This document shows positions 23,601 through 38,600 of a stretch of DNA of 64,000 bases, one piece after another. The first letter of the stretch is position 1. The number at the start of each line of letters is the position of its first letter. Source of the DNA: Auanema rhodensis (Eukaryota; Animalia; Nematoda). The stretch spans positions 17,422,001-17,486,000 of the forward strand of contig OZ059895.1 of NCBI GenBank assembly GCA_964057225.1, read 5' to 3'. A program made the position numbers and the translations under genes. The notes below the pieces were generated by a model. It made no database searches, had not been told where the DNA came from, and saw only the letters and a program-made list of their open reading frames with translations.

Positions 23601-26600
23601 AACAACTTATCAAGCCTCATTGGCTCAGGGGCAGAGCGTCTGTCTAGTCGATTCCAGTATGAGGCATTGTTTTAGACTTTCTCAAACTATTTTGAGGATT
23701 AAATCGTGCTTCTCGAAGCTTTTACTTCAGGTTACATCTTCTCTTATTCATTCAAATGAATTGTTTCAATTGAATATGTAAACGCATTGTTGAAAGTGAC
23801 TAAGAGATTATAATCGAGAAATGAGAATAACTTTTTAAGCCTCATTGGCTCAGGGGCAGAGCGTCTGTCTAGTAAACAGAAGGTCGCTGGTTCGATTCCA
23901 GCATGAGGCATCTTTTTAGACTTTCTCAAACTATTTTTAGGATTCATTCGTGCTTCTCGAAGCTTTTACTTCAGGTTACATCTTCTCTTATTCATTCGAA
24001 TGAAATATTTTACTTCAATACGGAGCAGTATTGTTAAAAGTGACAAAGTGATTATTATCGACAAATGAAAACAACTTATCAAGCCTCATTGGCTCAGGGG
24101 CAGAGCGTCTGTCTAGTAAACAGAAGGTCGCTGGTTCGATTCCAGCATGAGGCATCGTTTTAGACTTTTTCAAACTATTTTGAGGATTAATTCGTGCTTC
24201 TCGAAGCTTTTACTTCAGGTTACATCTTCTCTTATTCATTCAAATGAAATGTTTCAATTGAATATGTAAACGCATTGTTGAAAGTGACTAAGAGATTATA
24301 ATCGAGAAATGAGAATAACTTTTTAAGCCTCATTGGCTCAGGATCAGAGCGTCTGTCTAGTAAACAGAAGGTCGCTGGTTCGATTCCAGCATGAGGCATC
24401 GTTTTAGACTTTTTCAAAATATTTTGAAGATTAATTCGTGCTTCTTGAAGCTTTTACTTCAGGTTACATCTTCTCTTATTCATTCGAATGAAATATTTTA
24501 CTTCAATACGGAGCAGTATTGTTAAAAGTGACAAAGTGATTATTATCGACAAATGAAAACAACTTATCAAGCCTCATTGGCTCAGGGGCAGAGCGTCTGT
24601 CTAGTAAACAGAATGTCGCTGGTTCGATTCCAGCATGAGGCATCGTTTTAGACTTTTTCAAACTATTTTGAGGATTAATTCGTGCTTCTTGAAGCTTTTA
24701 CTTCAGGTTACATCTTCTCTTATTCATTCGAATGAAATATTTTACTTCAATACGGAGCAGTATTGTTAAAAGTGACAAAGTGATTATTATCGAGAAATGA
24801 GAATAACTTTTTAAGCCTCATTGGCTCAGGGGCAGAGCGTCTGTCTAGTAAACAGAAGGTCGCTGGTTCGATTCCAGCATGAGGCATCGTTTTAGACTTT
24901 TTCAAACTATTTTGAGGATTAATTCGTGCTTCTTGAAGCTTTTACTTCAGGTTACATCTTCTCTTATTCATTCGAATGAAATATTTTACTTCAATACGGA
25001 GCAGTATTGTTAAAAGTGACAAAGTGATTATTATCGACAAATGAAAACAACTTATCAAGCCTCATTGGCTCAGGGGCAGAGCGTCTGTCTAGTCGATTCC
25101 AGCATGAGGCATCGTTTTAGACTTTCTCAAACTATTTTGAGGATTAATTCGTGCTTCTCGAAGCTTTTACTTCAGGTTACATCTTCTCTTATTCATTCAA
25201 ATGAATTGTTTCAATTGAATATGTAAACGCATTGTTGAAAGTGACTAAGAGATTATAATCGAGAAATGAGAATAACTTTTCAAGCCTCATTGGCTCAGGG
25301 GCAGAGCGTCTGTCTAGTAAACAGAAGGTCGCTGGTTCGATTCCAGCATGAGGCATCGTTTTAGACTTTCTCAAACTATTTTTAGGATTCATTCGTGCTT
25401 CTCGAAGCTTTTACTTCAGGTTACATCTTCTCTTATTCATTCAAATGAATTGTTTCAATTGAATATGTAAACGCATTGTTGAAAGTGACTAAGAGATTAT
25501 AATCGAGAAATGAGAATAACTTTTTAAGCCTCATTGGCTCAGGGGCAGAGCGTCTGTCTAGTAAACAGAAGGTCGCTGGTTCGATTCCAGCATGAGGCAT
25601 CGTTTTAGACTTTTTCAAACTATTTTGAGGATTAATTCGTGCTTCTTGAAGCTTTTACTTCAGGTTACATCTTCTCTTATTCATTCGAATGAAATATTTT
25701 ACTTCAATACGGAGCAGTATTGTTAAAAGTGACAAAGTGATTATTATCGACAAATGAAAACAACTTATCAAGCCTCATTGGCTCAGGGGCAGAGCGTCTG
25801 TCTAGTCGATTCCAGCATGAGGCATCGTTTTAGACTTTCTCAAACTATTTTGAGGATTAATTCGTGCTTCTCGAAGCTTTTACTTCAGGTTACATCTTCT
25901 CTTATTCATTCAAATGAATTGTTTCAATTGAATATGTAAACGCATTGTTGAAAGTGACTAAGAGATTATAATCGAGAAATGAGAATAACTTTTCAAGCCT
26001 CATTGGCTCAGGGGCAGAGCGTCTGTCTAGTAAACAGAAGGTCGCTGGTTCGATTCCAGCATGAGGCATCGTTTTAGACTTTCTCAAACTATTTTTAGGA
26101 TTCATTCGTGCTTCTCGAAGCTTTTACTTCAGGTTACATCTTCTCTTATTCATTCAAATGAATTGTTTCAATTGAATATGTAAACGCATTGTTGAAAGTG
26201 ACTAAGAGATTATAATCGAGAAATGAGAATAACTTTTTAAGCCTCATTGGCTCAGGGGCAGAGCGTCTGTCTAGTAAACAGTAGGTCGCTGGTTTGATTC
26301 CAGCATGAGGCATCGTTTTAGACTTCTTCAAACTATTTTGAGGATTAATTCGTGCTTCTTGAAGCTTTTACTTCAGGTTACATCTTCTCTTATTCATTCA
26401 AATGAATTGTTTCAATTGAATATGTAAACGCATTGTTGAAAGTGACTAAGAGATTATAATCGAGAAATGAGAATAACTTTTTAAGCCTCAATGGCTCAGG
26501 GGCAGAGCGTCTGTCTAGTAAACAGAAGGTCGCTGGTTCGATTCCAGCATGAGGCATCGTTTTAGACTTTTTCAAACTATTTTGAGGATTAATTCGTGCT

Positions 26601-29600
26601 TCTTGAAGCTTTTACTTCAGGTTACATCTTCTCTTATTCATTCGAATGAAATATTTTACTTCAATACGGAGCAGTATTGTTAAAAGTGACAAAGTGATTA
26701 TTATCGACAAATGAAAACAACTTATCAAGCCTCATTGGCTCAGGGGCAGAGCGTCTGTCTAGTAAACAGAAGGTCGCTGGTTCGATTCCAGCATGAGGCA
26801 TCGTTTTAGACTTTTTCAAACTATTTTGAGGATTAATTCGTGCTTCTCGAAGCTTTTACTTCAGGTTACATCTTCTCTTATTCATTCAAATGAATTGTTT
26901 CAATTGAATATGTAAACGCATTGTTGAAAGTGACTAAGAGATTATAATCGAGAAATGAGAATAACTTTTTAAGCCTCATTGGCTCAGGGGCAGAGCGTCT
27001 GTCTAGTAAACAGAAGGTCGCTGGTTCGATTCCAGCATGAGGCATCTTTTTAGACTTTCTCAAACTATTTTTAGGATTCATTCGTGCTTCTCGAAGCTTT
27101 TACTTCAGGTTACATCTTCTCTTATTCATTCGAATGAAATATTTTACTTCAATACGGAGCAGTATTGTTAAAAGTGACAAAGTGATTATTATCGACAAAT
27201 GAAAACAACTTATCAAGCCTCATTGGCTCAGGGGCAGAGCGTCTGTCTAGTCGATTCCAGCATGAGGCATTGTTTTAGACTTTCTCAAACTATTTTGAGG
27301 ATTAAATCGTGCTTCTCGAAGCTTTTACTTCAGGTTACATCTTTTCTTATTCATTCAAATGAATTGTTTCAATTGAATATGTAAACGCATTGTTGAAAGT
27401 GACTAAGAGATTATAATCGAGAAATGAAAATAACTTTTTAAGCCTCATTGGCTCAGGGGCAGAGCGTCTGTCTAGTAAACAGAAGGTCGCTGGTTCGATT
27501 CCAGCATGAGGCATCTTTTTAGACTTTCTCAAACTATTTTTAGGATTCATTCGTGCTTCTCGAAGCTTTTACTTCAGGTTACATCTTCTCTTATTCATTC
27601 GAATGAAATATTTTACTTCAATACGGAGCAGTATTGTTAAAAGTGACAAAGTGATTATTATCGACAAATGAAAACAACTTATCAAGCCTCATTGGCTCAG
27701 GGGCAGAGCGTCTGTCTAGTAAACAGAAGGTCGCTGGTTCGATTCCAGCATGAGGCATCGTTTTAGACTTTTTCAAACTATTTTGAGGATTAATTCGTGC
27801 TTCTTGAAGCTTTTACTTCAGGTTACATCTTCTCTTATTCATTCGAATGAAATATTTTACTTCAATACGGAGCAGTATTGTTAAAAGTGACAAAGTGATT
27901 ATTATCGACAAATGAAAACAACTTATCAAGCCTCATTGGCTCAGGGGCAGAGCGTCTGTCTAGTAAACAGAAGGTCGCTGGTTCGATTCCAGCATGAGGC
28001 ATCGTTTTAGACTTTTTCAAACTATTTTGAGGATTAATTCGTGCTTCTTGAAGCTTTTACTTCAGGTTACATCTTCTCTTATTCATTCGAATGAAATATT
28101 TTACTTCAATACGAAGCAGTATTGTTAAAAGTGACAAAGTGATTATTATCGACAAATGAAAACAACTTATCAAGCCTCATTGGCTCAGGGGCAGAGCGTC
28201 TGTCTAGTCGATTCCAGCATGAGGCATCGTTTTAGACTTTCTCAAACTATTTTGAGGATTAATTCGTGCTTCTCGAAGCTTTTACTTCAGGTTACATCTT
28301 CTCTTATTCATTCAAATGAATTGTTTCAATTGAATATGTAAACGCATTGTTGAAAGTGACTAAGAGATTATAATCGAGAAATGAGAATAACTTTTTAAGC
28401 CTCATTGGCTCAGGGGCAGAGCGTCTGTCTAGTAAACAGAAGGTCGCTGGTTCGATTCCAGCATGAGGCATCGTTTTAGACTTTTTCAAAATATTTTGAA
28501 GATTAATTCGTGCTTCTTGAAGCTTTTACTTCAGGTTACATCTTCTCTTATTCATTCGAATGAAATATTTTACTTCAATACGGAGCAGTATTGTTAAAAG
28601 TGACAAAGTGATTATTATCGACAAATGAAAACAACTTATCAAGCCTCATTGGCTCAGGGGCAGAGCGTCTGTCTAGTCGATTCCAGCATGAGGCATTGTT
28701 TTAGACTTTCTCAAACTATTTTGAGGATTAAATCGTGCTTCTCGAAGCTTTTACTTCAGGTTACATCTTCTCTTATTCATTCAAATGAATTGTTTCAATT
28801 GAATATGTAAACGCATTGTTGAAAGTGACTAAGAGATTATAATCGAGAAATGAAAATAACTTTTTAAGCCTCATTGGCTCAGGGGCAGAGCGTCTGTCTA
28901 GTAAACAGAAGGTCGCTGGTTCGATTCCAGCATGAGGCATCTTTTTAGACTTTCTCAAACTATTTTTAGGATTCATTCGTGCTTCTCGAAGCTTTTACTT
29001 CAGGTTACATCTTCTCTTATTCATTCGAATGAAATATTTTACTTCAATACGGAGCAGTATTGTTAAAAGTGACAAAGTGATTATTATCGACAAATGAAAA
29101 CAACTTATCAAGCCTCATTGGCTCAGGGGCAGAGCGTCTGTCTAGTAAACAGAAGGTCGCTGGTTCGATTCCAGCATGAGGCATCGTTTTAGACTTTTTC
29201 AAACTATTTTGAGGATTAATTCGTGCTTCTTGAAGCTTTTACTTCAGGTTACATCTTCTCTTATTCATTCGAATGAAATATTTTACTTCAATACGGAGCA
29301 GTATTGTTAAAAGTGACAAAGTGATTATTATCGACAAATGAAAACAACTTATCAAGCCTCATTGGCTCAGGGGCAGAGCGTCTGTCTAGTAAACAGAAGG
29401 TCGCTGGTTCGATTCCAGCATGAGGCATCGTTTTAGACTTTTTCAAACTATTTTGAGGATTAATTCGTGCTTCTTGAAGCTTTTACTTCAGGTTACATCT
29501 TCTCTTATTCATTCGAATGAAATATTTTACTTCAATACGAAGCAGTATTGTTAAAAGTGACAAAGTGATTATTATCGACAAATGAAAACAACTTATCAAG

Positions 29601-32600
29601 CCTCATTGGCTCAGGGGCAGAGCGTCTGTCTAGTCGATTCCAGCATGAGGCATCGTTTTAGACTTTCTCAAAATATTTTGAAGATTAATTCGTGCTTCTT
29701 GAAGCTTTTACTTCAGGTTACATCTTCTCTTATTCATTCGAATGAAATATTTTACTTCAATACGGAGCAGTATTGTTAAAAGTGACAAAGTGATTATTAT
29801 CGACAAATGAAAACAACTTATCAAGCCTCATTGGCTCAGGGGCAGAGCGTCTGTCTAGTCGATTCCAGCATGAGGCATTGTTTTAGACTTTCTCAAACTA
29901 TTTTGAGGATTAATTCGTGCTTCTCGAAGCTTTTACTTCAGGTTACATCTTCTCTTATTCATTCAAATGAATTGTTTCAATTGAATATGTAAACGCATTG
30001 TTGAAAGTGACTAAGAGATTATAATCGAGAAATGAAAATAACTTTTTAAGCCTCATTGGCTCAGGGGCAGAGCGTCTGTCTAGTAAACAGAAGGTCGCTG
30101 GTTCGATTCCAGCATGAGGCATCTTTTTAGACTTTCTCAAACTATTTTTAGGATTCATTCGTGCTTCTCGAAGCTTTTACTTCAGGTTACATCTTCTCTT
30201 ATTCATTCGAATGAAATATTTTACTTCAATACGGAGCAGTATTGTTAAAAGTGACAAAGTGATTATTATCGACAAATGAAAACAACTTATCAAGCCTCAT
30301 TGGCTCAGGGGCAGAGCGTCTGTCTAGTCGATTCCAGCATGAGGCATTGTTTTAGACTTTCTCAAACTATTTTGAGGATTAATTCGTGCTTCTCGAAGCT
30401 TTTACTTCAGGTTACATCTTCTCTTATTCATTCAAATGAATTGTTTCAATTGAATATGTAAACGCATTGTTGAAAGTGACTAAGAGATTATAATCGAGAA
30501 ATGAGAATAACTTTTTAAGCCTCATTGGCTCAGGGGCAGAGCGTCTGTCTAGTAAACAGAAGGTCGCTGGTTCGATTCCAGCATGAGGCATCGTTTTAGA
30601 CTTTTTCAAAATATTTTGAGGATTAATTCGTGCTTCTCGAAGCTTTTACTTCAGGTTACATCTTCTCTTATTCATTCGAATGAAATATTTTACTTCAATA
30701 CGGAGCAGTATTGTTAAAAGTGACAAAGTGATTATTATCGACAAATGAAAACAACTTATCAAGCCTCATTGGCTCAGGGGCAGAGCGTCTGTCTAGTCGA
30801 TTCCAGCATGAGGCATTGTTTTAGACTTTCTCAAACTATTTTGAGGATTAAATCGTGCTTCTCGAAGCTTTTACTTCAGGTTACATCTTCTCTTATTCAT
30901 TCAAATGAATTGTTTCAATTGAATATGTAAACGCATTGTTGAAAGTGACTAAGAGATTATAATCGAGAAATGAAAATAACTTTTTAAGCCTCATTGGCTC
31001 AGGGGCAGAGCGTCTGTCTAGTAAACAGAAGGTCGCTGGTTCGATTCCAGCATGAGGCATCTTTTTAGACTTTCTCAAACTATTTTTAGGATTCATTCGT
31101 GCTTCTCGAAGCTTTTACTTCAGGTTACATCTTCTCTTATTCATTCGAATGAAATATTTTACTTCAATACGGAGCAGTATTGTTAAAAGTGACAAAGTGA
31201 TTATTATCGACAAATGAAAACAACTTATCAAGCCTCATTGGCTCAGGGGCAGAGCGTCTGTCTAGTCGATTCCAGCATGAGGCATTGTTTTAGACTTTCT
31301 CAAACTATTTTGAGGATTAATTCGTGCTTCTCGAAGCTTTTACTTCAGGTTACATCTTCTCTTATTCATTCAAATGAATTGTTTCAATTGAATATGTAAA
31401 CGCATTGTTGAAAGTGACTAAGAGATTATAATCGAGAAATGAGAATAACTTTTTAAGCCTCATTGGCTCAGGGGCAGAGCGTCTGTCTAGTAAACAGAAG
31501 GTCGCTGGTTCGATTCCAGCATGAGGCATCGTTTTAGACTTTTTCAAAATATTTTGAAGATTAATTCGTGCTTCTTGAAGCTTTTACTTCAGGTTACATC
31601 TTCTCTTATTCATTCGAATGAAATATTTTACTTCAATACGGAGCAGTATTGTTAAAAGTGACAAAGTGATTATTATCGACAAATGAAAACAACTTATCAA
31701 GCCTCATTGGCTCAGGGGCAGAGCGTCTGTCTAGTAAACAGAAGGTCGCTGGTTCGATTCCAGCATGAGGCATCGTTTTAGACTTTTTCAAACTATTTTG
31801 AGGATTAATTCGTGCTTCTCGAAGCTTTTACTTCAGGTTACATCTTCTCTTATTCATTCAAATGAATTGTTTCAATTGAATATGTAAACGCATTGTTGAA
31901 AGTGACTAAGAGATTATAATCGAGAAATGAAAATAACTTTTTAAGCCTCATTGGCTCAGGGGCAGAGCGTCTGTCTAGTAAACAGAAGGTCGCTGGTTCG
32001 ATTCCAGCATGAGGCATCTTTTTAGACTTTCTCAAACTATTTTTAGGATTCATTCGTGCTTCTCGAAGCTTTTACTTCAGGTTACATCTTCTCTTATTCA
32101 TTCGAATGAAATATTTTACTTCAATACGGAGCAGTATTGTTAAAAGTGACAAAGTGATTATTATCGACAAATGAAAACAACTTATCAAGCCTCATTGGCT
32201 CAGGGGCAGAGCGTCTGTCTAGTAAACAGAAGGTCGCTGGTTCGATTCCAGCATGAGGCATCGTTTTAGACTTTTTCAAACTATTTTGAGGATTAATTCG
32301 TGCTTCTTGAAGCTTTTACTTCAGGTTACATCTTCTCTTATTCATTCGAATGAAATATTTTACTTCAATACGGAGCAGTATTGTTAAAAGTGACAAAGTG
32401 ATTATTATCGAGAAATGAAAACAACTTATCAAGCCTCATTGGCTCAGGGGCAGAGCGTCTGTCTAGTAAACAGAAGGTCGCTGGTTCGATTCCAGCATGA
32501 GGCATCGTTTTAGACTTTTTCAAACTATTTTGAGGATTAATTCGTGCTTCTTGAAGCTTTTACTTCAGGTTACATCTTCTCTTATTCATTCGAATGAAAT

Positions 32601-35600
32601 ATTTTACTTCAATACGAAGCAGTATTGTTAAAAGTGACAAAGTGATTATTATCGACAAATGAAAACAACTTATCAAGCCTCATTGGCTCAGGGGCAGAGC
32701 GTCTGTCTAGTCGATTCCAGCATGAGGCATCGTTTTAGACTTTCTCAAACTATTTTGAGGATTAATTCGTGCTTCTCGAAGCTTTTACTTCAGGTTACAT
32801 CTTCTCTTATTCATTCAAATGAATTGTTTCAATTGAATATGTAAACGCATTGTTGAAAGTGACTAAGAGATTATAATCGAGAAATGAGAATAACTTTTTA
32901 AGCCTCATTGGCTCAGGGGCAGAGCGTCTGTCTAGTAAACAGAAGGTCGCTGGTTCGATTCCAGCATGAGGCATCGTTTTAGACTTTTTCAAAATATTTT
33001 GAAGATTAATTCGTGCTTCTTGAAGCTTTTACTTCAGGTTACATCTTCTCTTATTCATTCGAATGAAATATTTTACTTCAATACGGAGCAGTATTGTTAA
33101 AAGTGACAAAGTGATTATTATCGACAAATGAAAACAACTTATCAAGCCTCATTGGCTCAGGGGCAGAGCGTCTGTCTAGTCGATTCCAGCATGAGGCATT
33201 GTTTTAGACTTTCTCAAACTATTTTGAGGATTAAATCGTGCTTCTCGAAGCTTTTACTTCAGGTTACATCTTCTCTTATTCATTCAAATGAATTGTTTCA
33301 ATTGAATATGTAAACGCATTGTTGAAAGTGACTAAGAGATTATAATCGAGAAATGAAAATAACTTTTTAAGCCTCATTGGCTCAGGGGCAGAGCGTCTGT
33401 CTAGTAAACAGAAGGTCGCTGGTTCGATTCCAGCATGAGGCATCTTTTTAGACTTTCTCAAACTATTTTTAGGATTCATTCGTGCTTCTCGAAGCTTTTA
33501 CTTCAGGTTACATCTTCTCTTATTCATTCGAATGAAATATTTTACTTCAATACGGAGCAGTATTGTTAAAAGTGACAAAGTGATTATTATCGACAAATGA
33601 AAACAACTTATCAAGCCTCATTGGCTCAGGGGCAGAGCGTCTGTCTAGTCGATTCCAGCATGAGGCATTGTTTTAGACTTTCTCAAACTATTTTGAGGAT
33701 TAATTCGTGCTTCTCGAAGCTTTTACTTCAGGTTACATCTTCTCTTATTCATTCAAATGAATTGTTTCAATTGAATATGTAAACGCATTGTTGAAAGTGA
33801 CTAAGAGATTATAATCGAGAAATGAGAATAACTTTTTAAGCCTCATTGGCTCAGGGGCAGAGCGTCTGTCTAGTAAACAGAAGGTCGCTGGTTCGATTCC
33901 AGCATGAGGCATCGTTTTAGACTTTTTCAAAATATTTTGAAGATTAATTCGTGCTTCTTGAAGCTTTTACTTCAGGTTACATCTTCTCTTATTCATTCGA
34001 ATGAAATATTTTACTTCAATACGGAGCAGTATTGTTAAAAGTGACAAAGTGATTATTATCGACAAATGAAAACAACTTATCAAGCCTCATTGGCTCAGGG
34101 GCAGAGCGTCTGTCTAGTAAACAGAAGGTCGCTGGTTCGATTCCAGCATGAGGCATCGTTTTAGACTTTTTCAAACTATTTTGAGGATTAATTCGTGCTT
34201 CTCGAAGCTTTTACTTCAGGTTACATCTTCTCTTATTCATTCAAATGAATTGTTTCAATTGAATATGTAAACGCATTGTTGAAAGTGACTAAGAGATTAT
34301 AATCGAGAAATGAAAATAACTTTTTAAGCCTCATTGGCTCAGGGGCAGAGCGTCTGTCTAGTAAACAGAAGGTCGCTGGTTCGATTCCAGCATGAGGCAT
34401 CTTTTTAGACTTTCTCAAACTATTTTTAGGATTCATTCGTGCTTCTCGAAGCTTTTACTTCAGGTTACATCTTCTCTTATTCATTCGAATGAAATATTTT
34501 ACTTCAATACGGAGCAGTAATGTTAAAAGTGACAAAGTGATTATTATCGACAAATGAAAACAACTTATCAAGCCTCATTGGCTCAGGGGCAGAGCGTCTG
34601 TCTAGTAAACAGAAGGTCGCTGGTTCGATTCCAGCATGAGGCATCGTTTTAGACTTTTTCAAACTATTTTGAGGATTAATTCGTGCTTCTTGAAGCTTTT
34701 ACTTCAGGTTACATCTTCTCTTATTCATTCGAATGAAATATTTTACTTCAATACGGAGCAGTATTGTTAAAAGTGACAAAGTGATTATTATCGAGAAATG
34801 AAAACAACTTATCAAGCCTCATTGGCTCAGGGGCAGAGCGTCTGTCTAGTAAACAGAAGGTCGCTGGTTCGATTCCAGCATGAGGCATCGTTTTAGACTT
34901 TTTCAAACTATTTTGAGGATTAATTCGTGCTTCTTGAAGCTTTTACTTCAGGTTACATCTTCTCTTATTCATTCGAATGAAATATTTTACTTCAATACGG
35001 AGCAGTATTGTTAAAAGTGACAAAGTGATTATTATCGACAAATGAAAACAACTTATCAAGCCTCATTGGCTCAGGGGCAGAGCGTCTGTCTAGTCGATTC
35101 CAGCATGAGGCATCGTTTTAGACTTTCTCAAACTATTTTGAGGATTAATTCGTGCTTCTCGAAGCTTTTACTTCAGGTTACATCTTCTCTTATTCATTCA
35201 AATGAATTGTTTCAATTGAATATGTAAACGCATTGTTGAAAGTGACTAAGAGATTATAATCGAGAAATGAGAATAACTTTTTAAGCCTCATTGGCTCAGG
35301 GGCAGAGCGTCTGTCTAGTAAACAGAAGGTCGCTGGTTCGATTCCAGCATGAGGCATCGTTTTAGACTTTTTCAAAATATTTTGAAGATTAATTCGTGCT
35401 TCTTGAAGCTTTTACTTCAGGTTACATCTTCTCTTATTCATTCGAATGAAATATTTTACTTCAATACGGAGCAGTATTGTTAAAAGTGACAAAGTGATTA
35501 TTATCGACAAATGAAAACAACTTATCAAGCCTCATTGGCTCAGGGGCAGAGCGTCTGTCTAGTAAACAGAAGGTCGCTGGTTCGATTCCAGCATGAGGCA

Positions 35601-38600
35601 TCGTTTTAGACTTTTTCAAACTATTTTGAGGATTAATTCGTGCTTCTCGAAGCTTTTACTTCAGGTTACATCTTCTCTTATTCATTCAAATGAATTGTTT
35701 CAATTGAATATGTAAACGCATTGTTGAAAGTGACTAAGAGATTATAATCGAGAAATGAGAATAACTTTTTAAGCCTCATTGGCTCAGGGGCAGAGCGTCT
35801 GTCTAGTAAACAGTAGGTCGCTGGTTTGATTCCAGCATGAGGCATCGTTTTAGACTTTTTCAAAATATTTTGAAGATTAATTCGTGCTTCTTGAAGCTTT
35901 TACTTCAGGTTACATCTTCTCTTATTCATTCGAATGAAATATTTTACTTCAATACGGAGCAGTATTGTTAAAAGTGACAAAGTGATTATTATCGACAAAT
36001 GAAAACAACTTATCAAGCCTCATTGGCTCAGGGGCAGAGCGTCTGTCTAGTCGATTCCAGCATGAGGCATTGTTTTAGACTTTCTCAAACTATTTTGAGG
36101 ATTAAATCGTGCTTCTCGAAGCTTTTACTTCAGGTTACATCTTCTCTTATTCATTCAAATGAATTGTTTCAATTGAATATGTAAACGCATTGTTGAAAGT
36201 GACTAAGAGATTATAATCGAGAAATGAGAATAACTTTTTAAGCCTCATTGGCTCAGGGGCAGAGCGTCTGTCTAGTAAACAGAAGGTCGCTGGTTCGATT
36301 CCAGCATGAGGCATCGTTTTAGACTTTTTCAAACTATTTAGAGGATTAATTCGTGCTTCTCGAAGCTTTTACTTCAGGTTACATCTTCTCTTATTCATTC
36401 AAATGAAATGTTTCAATTGAATATGTAAACGCATTGTTGAAAGTGACTAAGAGATTATAATCGAGAAATGAGAATAACTTTTTAAGCCTCATTGGCTCAG
36501 GATCAGAGCGTCTGTCTAGTAAACAGAAGGTCGCTGGTTCGATTCCAGCATGAGGCATCGTTTTAGACTTTTTCAAAATATTTTGAAGATTAATTCGTGC
36601 TTCTTGAAGCTTTTACTTCAGGTTACATCTTCTCTTATTCATTCGAATGAAATATTTTACTTCAACACGGAGCAGTATTGTTAAAAGTGACAAAGTGATT
36701 ATTATCGACAAATGAAAACAACTTATCAAGCCTCATTGGCTCAGGGGCAGAGCGTCTGTCTAGTAAACAGAAGGTCGCTGGTTCGATTCCAGCATGAGGC
36801 ATCGTTTTAGACTTTTTCAAACTATTTTGAGGATTAATTCGTGCTTCTTGAAGCTTTTACTTCAGGTTACATCTTCTCTTATTCATTCGAATGAAATATT
36901 TTACTTCAATACGGAGCAGTATTGTTAAAAGTGACAAAGTGATTATTATCGACAAATGAAAACAACTTATCAAGCCTCATTGGCTCAGGGGCAGAGCGTC
37001 TGTCTAGTAAACAGAAGGTCGCTGGTTCGATTCCAGCATGAGGCATCGTTTTAGACTTTTTCAAACTATTTTGAGGATTAATTCGTGCTTCTCGAAGCTT
37101 TTACTTCAGGTTACATCTTCTCTTATTCATTCAAATGAAATGTTTCAATTGAATATGTAAACGCATTGTTGAAAGTGACTAAGAGATTATAATCGAGAAA
37201 TGAGAATAACTTTTTAAGCCTCATTGGCTCAGGGGCAGAGCGTCTGTCTAGTAAACAGAAGGTCGCTGGTTCGATTCCAGCATGAGGCATCGTTTTAGAC
37301 TTTTTCAAAATATTTTGAAGATTAATTCGTGCTTCTTGAAGCTTTTACTTCAGGTTACATCTTCTCTTATTCATTCGAATGAAATATTTTACTTCAATAC
37401 GGAGCAGTATTGTTAAAAGTGACAAAGTGATTATTATCGACAAATGAAAACAACTTATCAAGCCTCATTGGCTCAGGGGCAGAGCGTCTGTCTAGTCGAT
37501 TCCAGCATGAGGCATTGTTTTAGACTTTCTCAAACTATTTTGAGGATTAAATCGTGCTTCTCGAAGCTTTTACTTCAGGTTACATCTTCTCTTATTCATT
37601 CAAATGAATTGTTTCAATTGAATATGTAAACGCATTGTTGAAAGTGACTAAGAGATTATAATCGAGAAATGAGAATAACTTTTTAAGCCTCATTGGCTCA
37701 GGGGCAGAGCGTCTGTCTAGTAAACAGAAGGTCGCTGGTTCGATTCCAGCATGAGGCATCGTTTTAGACTTTTTCAAACTATTTAGAGGATTAATTCGTG
37801 CTTCTCGAAGCTTTTACTTCAGGTTACATCTTCTCTTATTCATTCAAATGAAATGTTTCAATTGAATATGTAAACGCATTGTTGAAAGTGACTAAGAGAT
37901 TATAATCGAGAAATGAGAATAACTTTTTAAGCCTCATTGGCTCAGGATCAGAGCGTCTGTCTAGTAAACAGAAGGTCGCTGGTTCGATTCCAGCATGAGG
38001 CATCGTTTTAGACTTTTTCAAAATATTTTGAAGATTAATTCGTGCTTCTTGAAGCTTTTACTTCAGGTTACATCTTCTCTTATTCATTCGAATGAAATAT
38101 TTTACTTCAACACGGAGCAGTATTGTTAAAAGTGACAAAGTGATTATTATCGACAAATGAAAACAACTTATCAAGCCTCATTGGCTCAGGGGCAGAGCGT
38201 CTGTCTAGTAAACAGAAGGTCGCTGGTTCGATTCCAGCATGAGGCATCGTTTTAGACTTTTTCAAACTATTTTGAGGATTAATTCGTGCTTCTTGAAGCT
38301 TTTACTTCAGGTTACATCTTCTCTTATTCATTCGAATGAAATATTTTACTTCAATACGGAGCAGTATTGTTAAAAGTGACAAAGTGATTATTATCGACAA
38401 ATGAAAACAACTTATCAAGCCTCATTGGCTCAGGGGCAGAGCGTCTGTCTAGTAAACAGAAGGTCGCTGGTTCGATTCCAGCATGAGGCATCGTTTTAGA
38501 CTTTTTCAAACTATTTTGAGGATTAATTCGTGCTTCTCGAAGCTTTTACTTCAGGTTACATCTTCTCTTATTCATTCAAATGAAATGTTTCAATTGAATA